The notes: generated by a model from the letters alone, not told the origin. Positions 31,403 to 41,843 are shown, numbered from the stretch's first letter. The stretch is DNA of 64,000 nucleotides from a virus (IMGVR_UViG_2597490280_000001); one strand, 5' to 3'. Numbers and translations are program-made.

Positions 31403-31440
31403 AAAAAAGGGACTAATCTTACGAATAGTCCCTTTTTTTA
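31403..31440. terminator. bidirectional terminator
   Basis: AAAAAAAGGGACTA...TAGTCCCTTTTTTT. Confidence 0.75.
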
Positions 31441-31456
31441 TGCAATAAAATTATCC

Positions 31457-33853
31457 TTATTTATTTTTGCGAGAGTAATTGTCAGAACTCCATCCCCAGA
31501 TATTTTGAACTGCTGCGGTTTTTCTTTCTTCCTCAGATTTAGCTCTATTTTCCTCTATCTTAAACATAGACTTAGCACGTTCGATCTCAATCTGAGATTG
31601 TAATCCTAATTGATGCTCCTGTTCTTGGAGTTGCGATTGGTTTTCTGCTGTTTGCTGATTAGACATCATCTGTGATTGCTGATTTTCTTGTACTGATTGA
31701 GCTCGTTCACGCTTATCTTCATCCGCACGTATTTCTTCAATTTGAGCTAAAATTAATTGTGCTTGTTTAACCTTACCAGCCTTAATCATTGACCATATTA
31801 AGAAATAATCTGATGGCAAAATACCTCCACTACCAGCCTGTCTCCGCAGATCACGCATACGAGCTATATCTTGTAGCAAAGCTAATTTATCATCTTCATT
31901 TGGAGCAATTTCTAATCTGATATCAAAATCATAGGAATCTAGATTGGTAGAAATCTTAATATATTGTAAAGCTCGGTTTATAGCCAATCGTTCACGGTCC
32001 TTATCAGATATAAATTTAGAAACTACTTGCCATTTATTTTTCTGACAGCCTATCATTCCTTCTTCCAATTGCATTTTGGCAAATGTCACGGGATATAAAG
32101 CATTTGAAGTCGCTTCTATCGCCATACGCGACACACCTAGTCCAGTTTCAGCACTTGGTGACTGTGCAGAAAACACTTCATTAATTCCCGTTACAATAGA
32201 AATCATACTAATATTCCATTCAATATCAGCACGCCATTCCATCAACTGCTTAATAACATCTGTCGGTATTGGTTCAATGGCACGAGAACTTGTATTTTGT
32301 CCTCCCCAAGGAGTTTGATCATCAACAATCAAAATTCCATCATCTTGCAACATTTTCAACAACATCTGTGGCGAATAACTCACTCCATTGATAACAACAT
32401 TCTCCAATGGTGCTTTTTTGATAATAAATCCAGGAGGAGTCGGCATAGCTTTCTTTGCCACACGTAATTTCATTAATGAAAGATTCGCATCATCCACAAA
32501 TGAAATACAACGTTCTACTATACTTGATGTTTCAGTTCTTTGTACACGATATGGAAATACTACACGCATACCGCCATTCAAATCTTTTTTATAGCTCAAA
32601 AATTCATCAATACCATAATCAAAGATATAATTGGTCCCAACAATCAATTTACATTTATAAATGACCTGTCGGCTATAGGTTTTCTTCTCCTTCCCATCAC
32701 GTATATCACGTCCACTTAATTTAAAATTCCCCCGGATCTTATTAAAACGAAACCCCTCTCCACTAGTACGATTAACGGAACTATAAGATTCCTCAGCAGT
32801 TCCCACCCATCTACAATCGACAACATCTACTGTGATTTGATTCATCATATTTTGATCAAACCCCTCGTTTCTAAAAAATTGTTGTGCTTGATGATAAAAA
32901 CCACTAGGCATAGATCCATCTGATGAAGCATATTTCTTCCCTATTTCCAGCAATTCCTGATCACTCAACTGAGTAGTTTCTCTTAACTGGGCAATTGAGA
33001 GAGATTGAATTTCTCCTGCCCAAGTCATATCGCGATAATCTTCATATTTGGAATTTGGAATAATTGCCATTTCTGGATCCACATACTCCGATTCTACCAA
33101 TGTCGCTTCTTTATTTGTTTTCACCCGGGCCATTGCAACTCCAAGGGTTACCAAATCTTTAGTATGTTTAGCAGAAATACCTTCCCAACCACTTATCTCT
33201 TTAGATTTATCTAATAGATTGGCAATTGCTGCTTCTTGCTCTAGAAATACACCTCCCATCGACGCAAACATATCTACTTCCTTCTCACTACGAAATGCAA
33301 TAGGTGAACCTTGTATAGCTCCAGCTGGCATCTCAGGGTCAGATGCAATTGGCGAACCCATCATTTGATTTAACTCTTCTTTCATCAGCTTATATCGGTC
33401 TGAAGTAGATAGTTTCATCGTCGCCAATATTGCTTGCTTACTTACATTAGATTGATAATCTACAGCACTAGTATCAACATCCCATTTCATTTTCATAAAA
33501 TACCCAAGTACTACATCTAGCTTTTGAGCCAATATTTTCATAGGATCCCAAGATATATTTACTGTAGTTTTTGGTCTTTTCCCAGTATTTCTATTTTTTT
33601 GTCCAATAATACCATCTTTATATTTGTCAGGACTATTTTTACCTGCAGCATATGCGCGCAATGTGGCCACACTATAATTATCAATGACATCACTATAAGG
33701 TAACCAACATTTATTATTAACGTATTTGTGTAATATGGTTGAAGCACATTGCCTAAAATATTCTGGCTTGTTTTTCAATTCTTCACTCAAATTATCTGAA
33801 GGAAAATGCAAAGTTTTCGCTCCTTTTAGTTCTTTTTCCAGTTTAAATTTCAT
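31457..33853 (-). CDS. portal protein
   Basis: 798 aa next to terminase; LRAYAAG, NISWDP, VTGINE motifs; Q-rich C-terminal coil. Confidence 0.75.
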   Translation of the reverse strand: MKFKLEKELKGAKTLHFPSDNLSEELKNKPEYFRQCASTILHKYVNNKCWLPYSDVIDNYSVATLRAYAAGKNSPDKYKDGIIGQKNRNTGKRPKTTVNISWDPMKILAQKLDVVLGYFMKMKWDVDTSAVDYQSNVSKQAILATMKLSTSDRYKLMKEELNQMMGSPIASDPEMPAGAIQGSPIAFRSEKEVDMFASMGGVFLEQEAAIANLLDKSKEISGWEGISAKHTKDLVTLGVAMARVKTNKEATLVESEYVDPEMAIIPNSKYEDYRDMTWAGEIQSLSIAQLRETTQLSDQELLEIGKKYASSDGSMPSGFYHQAQQFFRNEGFDQNMMNQITVDVVDCRWVGTAEESYSSVNRTSGEGFRFNKIRGNFKLSGRDIRDGKEKKTYSRQVIYKCKLIVGTNYIFDYGIDEFLSYKKDLNGGMRVVFPYRVQRTETSSIVERCISFVDDANLSLMKLRVAKKAMPTPPGFIIKKAPLENVVINGVSYSPQMLLKMLQDDGILIVDDQTPWGGQNTSSRAIEPIPTDVIKQLMEWRADIEWNISMISIVTGINEVFSAQSPSAETGLGVSRMAIEATSNALYPVTFAKMQLEEGMIGCQKNKWQVVSKFISDKDRERLAINRALQYIKISTNLDSYDFDIRLEIAPNEDDKLALLQDIARMRDLRRQAGSGGILPSDYFLIWSMIKAGKVKQAQLILAQIEEIRADEDKRERAQSVQENQQSQMMSNQQTAENQSQLQEQEHQLGLQSQIEIERAKSMFKIEENRAKSEEERKTAAVQNIWGWSSDNYSRKNK

Positions 33854-33864
33854 ATTCTAATTAT

Positions 33865-35976
33865 TTAGGCTACTTCGTGATAATCAAACCATTTCGGACC
33901 TTCTTGTCCTTCCATATGTCCTCTAGGTAATGTTCTTAATTGTTTATTGTCACAGGCAATTAATGCCCAACCGAATGCTACACCTAAATCATGCTTCCCT
34001 CGATTCTTGCGGTTCATGGCCTGTAAATCTTTAACAAGGTCAATGAACTTCATACCGTTCCAATAATTCATCACATAATGCGTTATCAATGTGAAATATT
34101 GATCGATGGTATCCGTCGTTGCGGCAATACCACCAGTTTGTTTAGCTTTAGATTGATCAGCAATTGTCTCCTGAGGTCTAAGCATGATGTATTGTGCATA
34201 TCCACGATCTTTGAAATATTTTTTTATTGCAGTCTTATTATTTTCAGGTAGCATTTGGGTACCGTAGTAGATATGCATCATTAACATATCTTCAAAAAAT
34301 ACATTAGGATCATCTTCTCTATTACAATAAATTGCAACTGGACATTTACTAGTCCAATCCCAAGCACCATCCAGAGGAATAGAAATACCTTCTGAATCTT
34401 CTAGCTTGGCTCCATCTTCCAACTCACTGTACATTTTCATGATGACTCCAGCACCTTTTGAAGCCCGAGTTTTATCAGCAACATCTTCATGGTCATAAGG
34501 ATCCACACCTCCACGGAATCGCTCTACATTTGCTGGATATTTTTCTCCTGCATAAATAATGTATTTGTTATCGTCCCCATCTTTTAAAAGTTCGCGAACA
34601 TAAAACTTACCTTCAGGATCTACTTCAAAATAAACTTTAGAATCGAACACTCCTCCAGTCCATTTGAAATTACCTCTGACTGTTAAAGGATCATTAATAT
34701 CTTCTTGAAAAGTCAATCGATTGTAGATATCAGACAAATTCTCTTTATTAAATGAGGACTGATTACCTGATGGCGTTAAAGCATCTTCTACACAACGGGG
34801 AGTTTTACGACGTAACTTTCCTAATTCCTTAATCTTACCTTTTCGTTCTAATTCTTTCTCCTGGTCATTTAAGAATTTTAGATTCTGTTCTTCTTGAGGA
34901 AATCCCCATGCATCATGATTCGTAGAAGAAATAGCGTCAATAAATACACGGTACAATCCAGAAGTTGTTCGACCATTCCCATCACGTTTTGTAGGATCTG
35001 AGTCCTCCCACAGATCAGTCATTTCATCAATCTGTTCATCATTGATTTCCTCGATGGTACTTTCAAACATTGCTTTACCTACAATGGTAATACCGTTATC
35101 ATAGTGTAGACATGGCTTTACTTTATCCCAGCAATCAACAGCAGACATTTTCTCCAGTTTCCCAAACTCATTCAAGATATAACGATTCAATTCCTCACCA
35201 TCATAGTGAACTGCTACAGATGGTCCATAATCGATAACACTACCAAGTTCTTCGTGTTCATAAATAGACTCTTCCTCCTCACCATTTTCAGCTAAATCGC
35301 GAAGTTTTTTTGCTGTTTGAACAGTCATCGGATATTTAAAATCCAAAGCTTCATTTGGATCATCCGAACCTTTATGAATTGGTTTCATAAACCAGATCAT
35401 CCGTTTATGCGCTTTTGTTAAACGCTTAAAGTTTGTTTCCGCCGAATTATCATTCTTAGATTGCATACCGCACTTCACGTTTTGTACACGTGTCGCATAT
35501 TCATATTCTAAGTGTAATGTAAATTCGGTGCCACCAACACGACGGGGTTTAATAAGAAACAGTCCATAACAATTTATATCCCGAACAATAAAATCCCACA
35601 ATTGATATAGGAGCGCTTGTTCATAACGAAATTCGGGATGAACACCATTTTTGGTCCACCAGTAATTGAGAAAATGGTAATATGGACCAGTTATATATAT
35701 TGGTTTATTCTTGATCAATACCCAAACGCCATGATGTCGCTTATGATATTCATCTTCAATAAATTTCTTTTCTTCTTCTGAAAGATGCTTTTTTTTCCTC
35801 TTTAAGGAATTCGGTATTTCGGTACGCCTAAATTTCTGTTCTTCCTCAGGCAGACCATAATTATCCATTAACTCCAATGGGGGCATTGCAGGTAATGGAA
35901 TATCCAATTCACTCACCTTGATATAACTCGAAGGTGATGAATAATTTAATTCATATAGTTTCTTTTTCTTCTTCAC
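33865..35976 (-). CDS. terL: terminase large subunit
   Basis: YITGPYYHFLNYW, KPRRVGGT, ILNEFGK, FEST, GGVDPYD nuclease motif; GTG start. Confidence 0.85.
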   Translation of the reverse strand: MKKKKKLYELNYSSPSSYIKVSELDIPLPAMPPLELMDNYGLPEEEQKFRRTEIPNSLKRKKKHLSEEEKKFIEDEYHKRHHGVWVLIKNKPIYITGPYYHFLNYWWTKNGVHPEFRYEQALLYQLWDFIVRDINCYGLFLIKPRRVGGTEFTLHLEYEYATRVQNVKCGMQSKNDNSAETNFKRLTKAHKRMIWFMKPIHKGSDDPNEALDFKYPMTVQTAKKLRDLAENGEEEESIYEHEELGSVIDYGPSVAVHYDGEELNRYILNEFGKLEKMSAVDCWDKVKPCLHYDNGITIVGKAMFESTIEEINDEQIDEMTDLWEDSDPTKRDGNGRTTSGLYRVFIDAISSTNHDAWGFPQEEQNLKFLNDQEKELERKGKIKELGKLRRKTPRCVEDALTPSGNQSSFNKENLSDIYNRLTFQEDINDPLTVRGNFKWTGGVFDSKVYFEVDPEGKFYVRELLKDGDDNKYIIYAGEKYPANVERFRGGVDPYDHEDVADKTRASKGAGVIMKMYSELEDGAKLEDSEGISIPLDGAWDWTSKCPVAIYCNREDDPNVFFEDMLMMHIYYGTQMLPENNKTAIKKYFKDRGYAQYIMLRPQETIADQSKAKQTGGIAATTDTIDQYFTLITHYVMNYWNGMKFIDLVKDLQAMNRKNRGKHDLGVAFGWALIACDNKQLRTLPRGHMEGQEGPKWFDYHEVA

Positions 35977-36064
35977 TTAGCGCAATGGAAAGAACCACCA
36001 ATGCCATATACGCCATGAAAACAACAAATAATACTAAACTATTACAATTATAAAAATTGTCAAA

Positions 36065-37057
36065 TTATGACTTCGAAGACTTTTTATTCGAAGTTTTAGT
36101 GGTTTTAATATCATCTAAAACATCTGCTTTTACTTCTGATGCTTTATTGATATCAACGACACTATCTTTTAAAGGTACTTCAACCTCTACAGAACTAATT
36201 TCGGAATTATCTTCTAATTTACCAACATTATCCTGATTAGTAGAATCATCAACAAACAAGACTCCTGAACCAGAACTATTTTTCACCAATTCAATTAGTT
36301 CTGAATTTGATTGATGTTTTTCAAAAAATTCACCCAGTAAAACATGCTGCTCTTCCGTAGGAATAGCTACAATCCAATCCTGACGATCTTTATAAGAATC
36401 ATTAGGTGTATCCAAGATATCACCATCCTGCGTCAACACAAAAATATGATCTTTAGTCAATGACTTAAACCAAAATCCCTTCCATTCTGGGACCTTAACA
36501 CACTGACCAATATTCAGTAGATTTTCAGCCTGATCCCAGGACAAAAAACTAGTTTCTGGATTTGCTTCCACTTTGATATTTTCTCCAACAGATACTCCAG
36601 TTACTGCAACCTCTAATTCTGCATCTCGAAGTCTACCTAATTCTTTACCCAGCCAACAACGAGCCATTGTCGCTGATTTTAAAGCTTCTTGCATCCATAG
36701 GAAAACATGAGGATTTAAAGTACCATACAGTGAAGGATTAAGACCATTTTCGACCAAACCAATCTTTTCACGGAGAAGTTTAATATTGAAAATATGCTGC
36801 CCTTCTTGCATATCCGCAAATACTTTATCTGAAGTATCGGCACTCGGATCAATGTATGTAGTCGTTTTATCAGCGCCCAATGCATAAGGATATGGAGTTT
36901 CACCCAAAAATTTCAGTGCTAGTCCAATCTCCATTGAACCTTCCTCCAATTTTGTCTTGGCTAATGCCATTTCTCTACTTCCTGGAAGTACGGCCAATGA
37001 ACCAACACACATCGCGATCAATATGCGAATTGATTTTAATTTTTCTGATTTTTGCAT
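36065..37057 (-). CDS. Acb2/Tad1-like plus Tad2(DUF2829)-like fusion protein
   Basis: SREMALAKTKLEEGSM helix; LSWDQA..GQCVKVPEWKGFWF..QDWIV segment. Confidence 0.5.
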   Translation of the reverse strand: MQKSEKLKSIRILIAMCVGSLAVLPGSREMALAKTKLEEGSMEIGLALKFLGETPYPYALGADKTTTYIDPSADTSDKVFADMQEGQHIFNIKLLREKIGLVENGLNPSLYGTLNPHVFLWMQEALKSATMARCWLGKELGRLRDAELEVAVTGVSVGENIKVEANPETSFLSWDQAENLLNIGQCVKVPEWKGFWFKSLTKDHIFVLTQDGDILDTPNDSYKDRQDWIVAIPTEEQHVLLGEFFEKHQSNSELIELVKNSSGSGVLFVDDSTNQDNVGKLEDNSEISSVEVEVPLKDSVVDINKASEVKADVLDDIKTTKTSNKKSSKS

Positions 37058-37066
37058 AACCTAGAT

Positions 37067-37267
37067 TTATTTCGTTAATAATTCTAACCGGACATCCAGA
37101 ACCTCTCGATAAGCAAACATTAATTCATATTGTTTGCGCAATAAAGCCTTATTGCCGGTACTTAATTTTTCAAATGATTCTGATACAAGAAAATTACCAA
37201 GACCAGTAGTTTTTTCGTTCAATTCCGAACGTTCGATTTTCAATCGATCTAAAAATGTTTCACCCAT
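37067..37267 (-). CDS. crAss001_48-like small helical protein
   Basis: FLDRLKIERSELNEK..L..F..LLRKQYELMFAYREVLDVRL. Confidence 0.7.
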   Translation of the reverse strand: MGETFLDRLKIERSELNEKTTGLGNFLVSESFEKLSTGNKALLRKQYELMFAYREVLDVRLELLTK

Positions 37268-37271
37268 GATT

Positions 37272-37856
37272 TTATTTTTTACTTCTAAATTCTTCTTTTA
37301 AATGAGCGCTAATATGACCTCTATTATCTAGTGATATGTAGTATTTTTTATTACTTCCAAACACTTCAACGATCATTTTTTCCTGAGCATTCAGCTTTTT
37401 GCCTTTAAGCTTCTCCGCCATTTCTTGCGTCGTCACTTTGAAGGGATAAATAAGATCAATCAATTCGATAGGTGACACATTGTTTTTCTCGGCAAGCTTA
37501 TAAATAGCATAAGCCATATTTCTTTCCTTTGAGATACCTAAACATTGTTCCATAGCTTCAATCATGCCCCACGCTTTACATGTATCGATAGTGAACTCAG
37601 CTGTAACTACGAATTCGTTATCCTCTTCGTCATAATCCTCTGTTTCGTAAGTTAACGTCAAATTAGAGTCGATACACTGAAAAGCGAATAATCCGCCTGG
37701 ATCCTTCTGAGCATTATAAAACTTTTCAACAACGTCAAAGTTAGGAATGACAGCGATATAGCATTTTATTTCAAAAGGTCCATCAAATGCTTTAGACTTT
37801 TCGAACTCAGGGAATTGTTTAATAATTCCTTCTGAAACGTAATAGTAATCCTTCAT
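37272..37856 (-). CDS. hypothetical protein
   Basis: 194-aa ORF in operon. Confidence 0.6.
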   Translation of the reverse strand: MKDYYYVSEGIIKQFPEFEKSKAFDGPFEIKCYIAVIPNFDVVEKFYNAQKDPGGLFAFQCIDSNLTLTYETEDYDEEDNEFVVTAEFTIDTCKAWGMIEAMEQCLGISKERNMAYAIYKLAEKNNVSPIELIDLIYPFKVTTQEMAEKLKGKKLNAQEKMIVEVFGSNKKYYISLDNRGHISAHLKEEFRSKK

Positions 37857-37857
37857 A

Positions 37858-38115
37858 TTAAGGTGCCAGTATTTGCCAATCTTCTGCTAGAATATCTGTC
37901 TGAGATGGTGCCCATGGAACTAGGTTTCGTCTTGCATCTAAATTGTCTGATATTAACCCTGTAGTATCAATGAATAGATATGGATGAGACATTTTACTGT
38001 GCATATTTGGAACTTGCATTTCAATGAAAATACCTTTCCCATTCCATCCCAATCTTTGTAGTTTTTCACCTTTTTTTAAAAGGCTTAATGCTTCTTCAAA
38101 ATTCATAACTATCAA
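37858..38115 (-). CDS. DUF2829 / Tad2-like protein
   Basis: MNFEEAL..KKGEKLQRLGWNGKGIF..VPWAPSQTDILAEDW. Confidence 0.85.
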   Translation of the reverse strand: MIVMNFEEALSLLKKGEKLQRLGWNGKGIFIEMQVPNMHSKMSHPYLFIDTTGLISDNLDARRNLVPWAPSQTDILAEDWQILAP

Positions 38116-38117
38116 TT

Positions 38118-38438
38118 TTAAGATTTGTATTTTACAACTTCGAAACTACCCGACAAAATATCAGCAGTTGAAAACTGATATCCAGTAATTGAATTACTCG
38201 GACCAATTATTGCAATTTGATCAGTATAGGAAATCTCGTTAATTTGAGCTGTCGCATCCTCGAACGACTTTTGAAAATAATCTTTCACCTGATCAGATAA
38301 AGAAGTCATTTTCGGAACTACACCAGCAGGAATTACTGCAGGTATTTGTTTAAAAACCCCAACCTTATTAACAGGCCAAAAACGGTTTCTTACGATCTCG
38401 CCCTCATCTAGGGCAGCAATTGCTTCTGAAAAATTCAT
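38118..38438 (-). CDS. divergent DUF2829 / Tad2-like protein
   Basis: MNFSEAIAAL..G..VRNRFW..VFKQIP..PKMTSL..STADIL. Confidence 0.65.
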   Translation of the reverse strand: MNFSEAIAALDEGEIVRNRFWPVNKVGVFKQIPAVIPAGVVPKMTSLSDQVKDYFQKSFEDATAQINEISYTDQIAIIGPSNSITGYQFSTADILSGSFEVVKYKS

Positions 38439-38455
38439 ATATAAATATTAAAATA

Positions 38456-38472
38456 GATTAGTTGTACTAATC
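38456..38472. promoter_or_regulatory. 17-bp operator-like palindrome, copy 4
   Basis: GATTAGTTGTACTAATC within a longer AATA...TATT palindrome. Confidence 0.7.
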
Positions 38473-39455
38473 TATTGGTTTAAAAAATAGTATAAATCTC
38501 TATTCCAGCGTGCATCTGAAATAGCCAAATGTTCATTATTTTGTTGTGGAAATTCTTGCATTTTTTTCAAAGCTGCAGAATCAGAAAAGATAGTTTCGAT
38601 ATCATACTTTGATGTATAAGTCCCATCTAGTTTTCGGTCAGCATCAATATAATCAAGAACCATTTGATTAAACTCAAAATGACTTTCCATCATCTGCTTT
38701 AAATCAATTGTAAACATTGGAAATCCTTCTGGTAAATCAATCATCTTACCGAATAACCAGCAAAATACAACATGATCATACGCTGAATAATAACCATATA
38801 ATTCTATTTTATTATCCTCTATATCAGACACTGGATTACAAAAAGACTTAATATCTTCAGCAATTTGTGCCCGACCCACACCGTATTTATTGATCAGCCG
38901 CTTTAATGATTTATAAGTGAAAAACGTATCACTTTCTCCTCGTTCCACAGATTCTTTAAAATCAACCCAAGCCTGATCATTCGCATAGGCATACCATTCT
39001 TCTTCTGTATTGATAAACAAATTTCTCCATAAAGGCAGTAATACATTTTCACGTATCCAATACATCTTTACTTTTTCGATAGATTCAACAATACCATCTA
39101 TTTTAATCGACCTGTCTTTTAATTCACATCTATTCCAAGCTTCTTTTAGATTAAATTCCTTCGAAACAGCATAATATTCTCTTCCATCATCTGCAACAAT
39201 ACCGATCGAAATCAAATCAATAGTTTCAGGACTTGATGGCATGGAAAGACTCCAGAAGAATATTGCGCCAAAAACTAAACCCAACCATGCTAAACCAGCT
39301 AAATTAAAATCAATACCAATAATCCAAGCAAATGCTATTGCCGTCACACCAAGACAACATCCGATAAATCTTAACCACAGATCAACAGTTAATCCACCCC
39401 AGGAATAAAGTGTTTGTTTCCCCTCAAGGAACTCTGTATCGTAAAAGTATTTCAT
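38472..39455 (-). CDS. DEDDh 3'-5' exonuclease (Rv2179c-like) with an inserted membrane hairpin
   Basis: YFYDTEF, LISIGIV, YSAYDHV, HLAISDARW; start moved to ATG 39455. Confidence 0.75.
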   Translation of the reverse strand: MKYFYDTEFLEGKQTLYSWGGLTVDLWLRFIGCCLGVTAIAFAWIIGIDFNLAGLAWLGLVFGAIFFWSLSMPSSPETIDLISIGIVADDGREYYAVSKEFNLKEAWNRCELKDRSIKIDGIVESIEKVKMYWIRENVLLPLWRNLFINTEEEWYAYANDQAWVDFKESVERGESDTFFTYKSLKRLINKYGVGRAQIAEDIKSFCNPVSDIEDNKIELYGYYSAYDHVVFCWLFGKMIDLPEGFPMFTIDLKQMMESHFEFNQMVLDYIDADRKLDGTYTSKYDIETIFSDSAALKKMQEFPQQNNEHLAISDARWNRDLYYFLNQ

Positions 39456-39459
39456 ATAG

Positions 39460-40446
39460 CTATTTTGTTTTTTCGAATTCTTCCCAATTAATAAGTAATA
39501 GAATTGGTCTAACCTTATCTTCCATAATTTCCACAAGAGATGAAAACTCCGCTCCCATAGTAATATGAGCACCTTGTTTTACCTTATTTCCAGAAACAAA
39601 TGCATTTGATAATGCTAAATTGTGAGTTCCATTCTCTCCATCAGCCTCATTTAGTTCTTTGAATCTATCCCAGATAGATTTTTCAACTTTATCTCCCGAA
39701 GGCAAATTCTCTGTATTTAAATGATCATACATCAAATTCCAACCTATTTCGAATTTATTATGAAGATCTTTTAATCTTAACACAACAGAATCACTCCAAT
39801 CATGCTGCACTTTTAGGTCCTTATAGGACTCATCATCCCATCCACAAATAATAGCATACAGGAATGCAATCATTTTATCCTTAGAACAATCTCTAGAGGT
39901 CGAACATAAAGTTTCTTTTAACTGTTGAAATGGATTCGTAGTATTCTCCATTTCGTCTCTTGTTTGCCATTTTAATTTAACTTCTTTCATATTTTTTTGT
40001 TTGTTATCTTTACAATTTAAATAATCTTCAAATGAAATTAAAGCTTCAGGATACATCCAAATTGCTTTTTTAATCCAGAGTTCCCATGCTAAATGTTTTT
40101 CTGTAATATGATTTACTAGCAAAGGCAAATATTCCTTTTCATAAATCTCTAGCTTTTCTAAAGCATCTAATTGATTCTCATATACTGCAGGTATAAAAAA
40201 TCGATAACCATCTTCCGCTGAGGGTAAATATTCTCCCCGCCAGATATTCTCATTTAAGCTCATACTACCTTCTTCATCGATCGTTGAAGTCAACAGTAGT
40301 CCCCCAATTCCCTTATTGTGACCATAATCAATTTTAGGTTTTGCAATATCCCATAAATCAGAAGAACTACTATCTACATAATCAGGATCCATTTTCCCAT
40401 ACATGAATAGATTTAGTTTTGCTACATCAATTGGTTTTCCGTCCAT
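39460..40446 (-). CDS. hypothetical protein
   Basis: 328-aa ORF in operon. Confidence 0.6.
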   Translation of the reverse strand: MDGKPIDVAKLNLFMYGKMDPDYVDSSSSDLWDIAKPKIDYGHNKGIGGLLLTSTIDEEGSMSLNENIWRGEYLPSAEDGYRFFIPAVYENQLDALEKLEIYEKEYLPLLVNHITEKHLAWELWIKKAIWMYPEALISFEDYLNCKDNKQKNMKEVKLKWQTRDEMENTTNPFQQLKETLCSTSRDCSKDKMIAFLYAIICGWDDESYKDLKVQHDWSDSVVLRLKDLHNKFEIGWNLMYDHLNTENLPSGDKVEKSIWDRFKELNEADGENGTHNLALSNAFVSGNKVKQGAHITMGAEFSSLVEIMEDKVRPILLLINWEEFEKTK

Positions 40447-40448
40447 GA

Positions 40449-40793
40449 TTAATCTATTTTATTTAAGTCAGAATCTCCATGTCTCAAAATTTGAGTTAGT
40501 TCAGAACCAAAATCTCCACCAAACTGTAGTTCAACATAATCGCAACATAAATCTGATTCTTTCATCTTATTAAGGAATAATGCTCTATTAGTATCCATTA
40601 TGTCAGAGTCCAACCATCCCTCTTTGCTGCCATCTGGAACAATAAAAAAAGTATATTGAGGATTAACATAGCCATAGAAAATTGGCGTCACCAATATTTC
40701 ATCAATATATTCGAGTGCTAGTGCTCTAGCTTTTTCAATATCACGACTGTCCCAGTCTGTTACGATTATTGTGTGATGAATATTCCAGCTCAT
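40449..40793 (-). CDS. hypothetical protein
   Basis: 114 aa; FFIVPDGSKEGW motif. Confidence 0.6.
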   Translation of the reverse strand: MSWNIHHTIIVTDWDSRDIEKARALALEYIDEILVTPIFYGYVNPQYTFFIVPDGSKEGWLDSDIMDTNRALFLNKMKESDLCCDYVELQFGGDFGSELTQILRHGDSDLNKID

Positions 40794-40795
40794 AA

Positions 40796-41407
40796 TTATA
40801 TCACTCTAACATTTCCAAATTCATCCTCCTTTTTTTGAGCAAACTGCTCTGGAGGTGTGTAATTTTTAGCAACTTGCTCCTTGACTATCTTTCTCGAAAA
40901 AGTGTCAGGAAAAACGACACGCTCAAATTCAACCAATTCCTTATGACTGGCTGGAAGTTCCTTTCTGATTTTTGCCCGGGTATCCATATTCTTCTCTGGA
41001 TTATTATCAAAATCCAGTGGCCTACGAAGGAAAAGATTATTGATATGATAATTAATTTGCATTGAATACCAAGTCTCATAAGCCAAACTATCAGATAACA
41101 TAAACCACTTGAAAACCATATTGTTAAAAACGAAATTATGGCCCTCATTAATTTCAATGAACATTGAATCATAAGTTTCCAATCCTAGATACTGATAAAT
41201 CTTCTGCAATCTCATCTCCACATTATCACGATAAGCTTTAACAAATGGGCTATCCTCATCGACCATCAAAATCATGATCATCAAAATAGGATCCTGTTCT
41301 GACTTGCTGAATTCCTCATAATTACCCAACTCTGGGTAAACCTCCATCATCGTTTTACCAGACTTAAATGCCTGTTCAACATTGTATCTTTGTTTCGAAA
41401 AATCCAT
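40796..41407 (-). CDS. hypothetical protein
   Basis: 203-aa ORF in operon. Confidence 0.6.
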   Translation of the reverse strand: MDFSKQRYNVEQAFKSGKTMMEVYPELGNYEEFSKSEQDPILMIMILMVDEDSPFVKAYRDNVEMRLQKIYQYLGLETYDSMFIEINEGHNFVFNNMVFKWFMLSDSLAYETWYSMQINYHINNLFLRRPLDFDNNPEKNMDTRAKIRKELPASHKELVEFERVVFPDTFSRKIVKEQVAKNYTPPEQFAQKKEDEFGNVRVI

Positions 41408-41408
41408 A

Positions 41409-41843
41409 TTATTTTCCTCCCTGAAAATACTCGAAGTGCATTTTATCTTCAGAATCTTTTATAAATCTGAAAAAAACTTCACCACTTCCCCACTCGCTGG
41501 AGAAAATTGTATCTTTTAAGTAGATACACGTCAGAAAAAACTCAAAATGCTTGAAATCAGAATATGTGTAACTTTCCTTAATCTCTAAACATAACTTATG
41601 TTCAGGCACATAAACATGGGACTTTGTAAGATCTAAACGAGAAGCAACAATGTCCTTTAGCTTGCTATAAATTGGAGAATCCTTTTTAGGGTATATTAGA
41701 CAATCATTTCCTTTGTGAACTTCAAACAACTCATCAAATTTGAAATCAGATTTAAATTCATGAGCTTTTGACACTTTATTTTTACCTAATAAAAGGACAC
41801 CACTAAGAAGTGCTGATCCTTTTAGAAAATCTATTCTTTTCAT
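41409..41843 (-). CDS. hypothetical protein with Tat-like signal
   Basis: start moved to ATG 41843: MKRIDFLKGSALLSGVLLLG. Confidence 0.5.
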   Translation of the reverse strand: MKRIDFLKGSALLSGVLLLGKNKVSKAHEFKSDFKFDELFEVHKGNDCLIYPKKDSPIYSKLKDIVASRLDLTKSHVYVPEHKLCLEIKESYTYSDFKHFEFFLTCIYLKDTIFSSEWGSGEVFFRFIKDSEDKMHFEYFQGGK

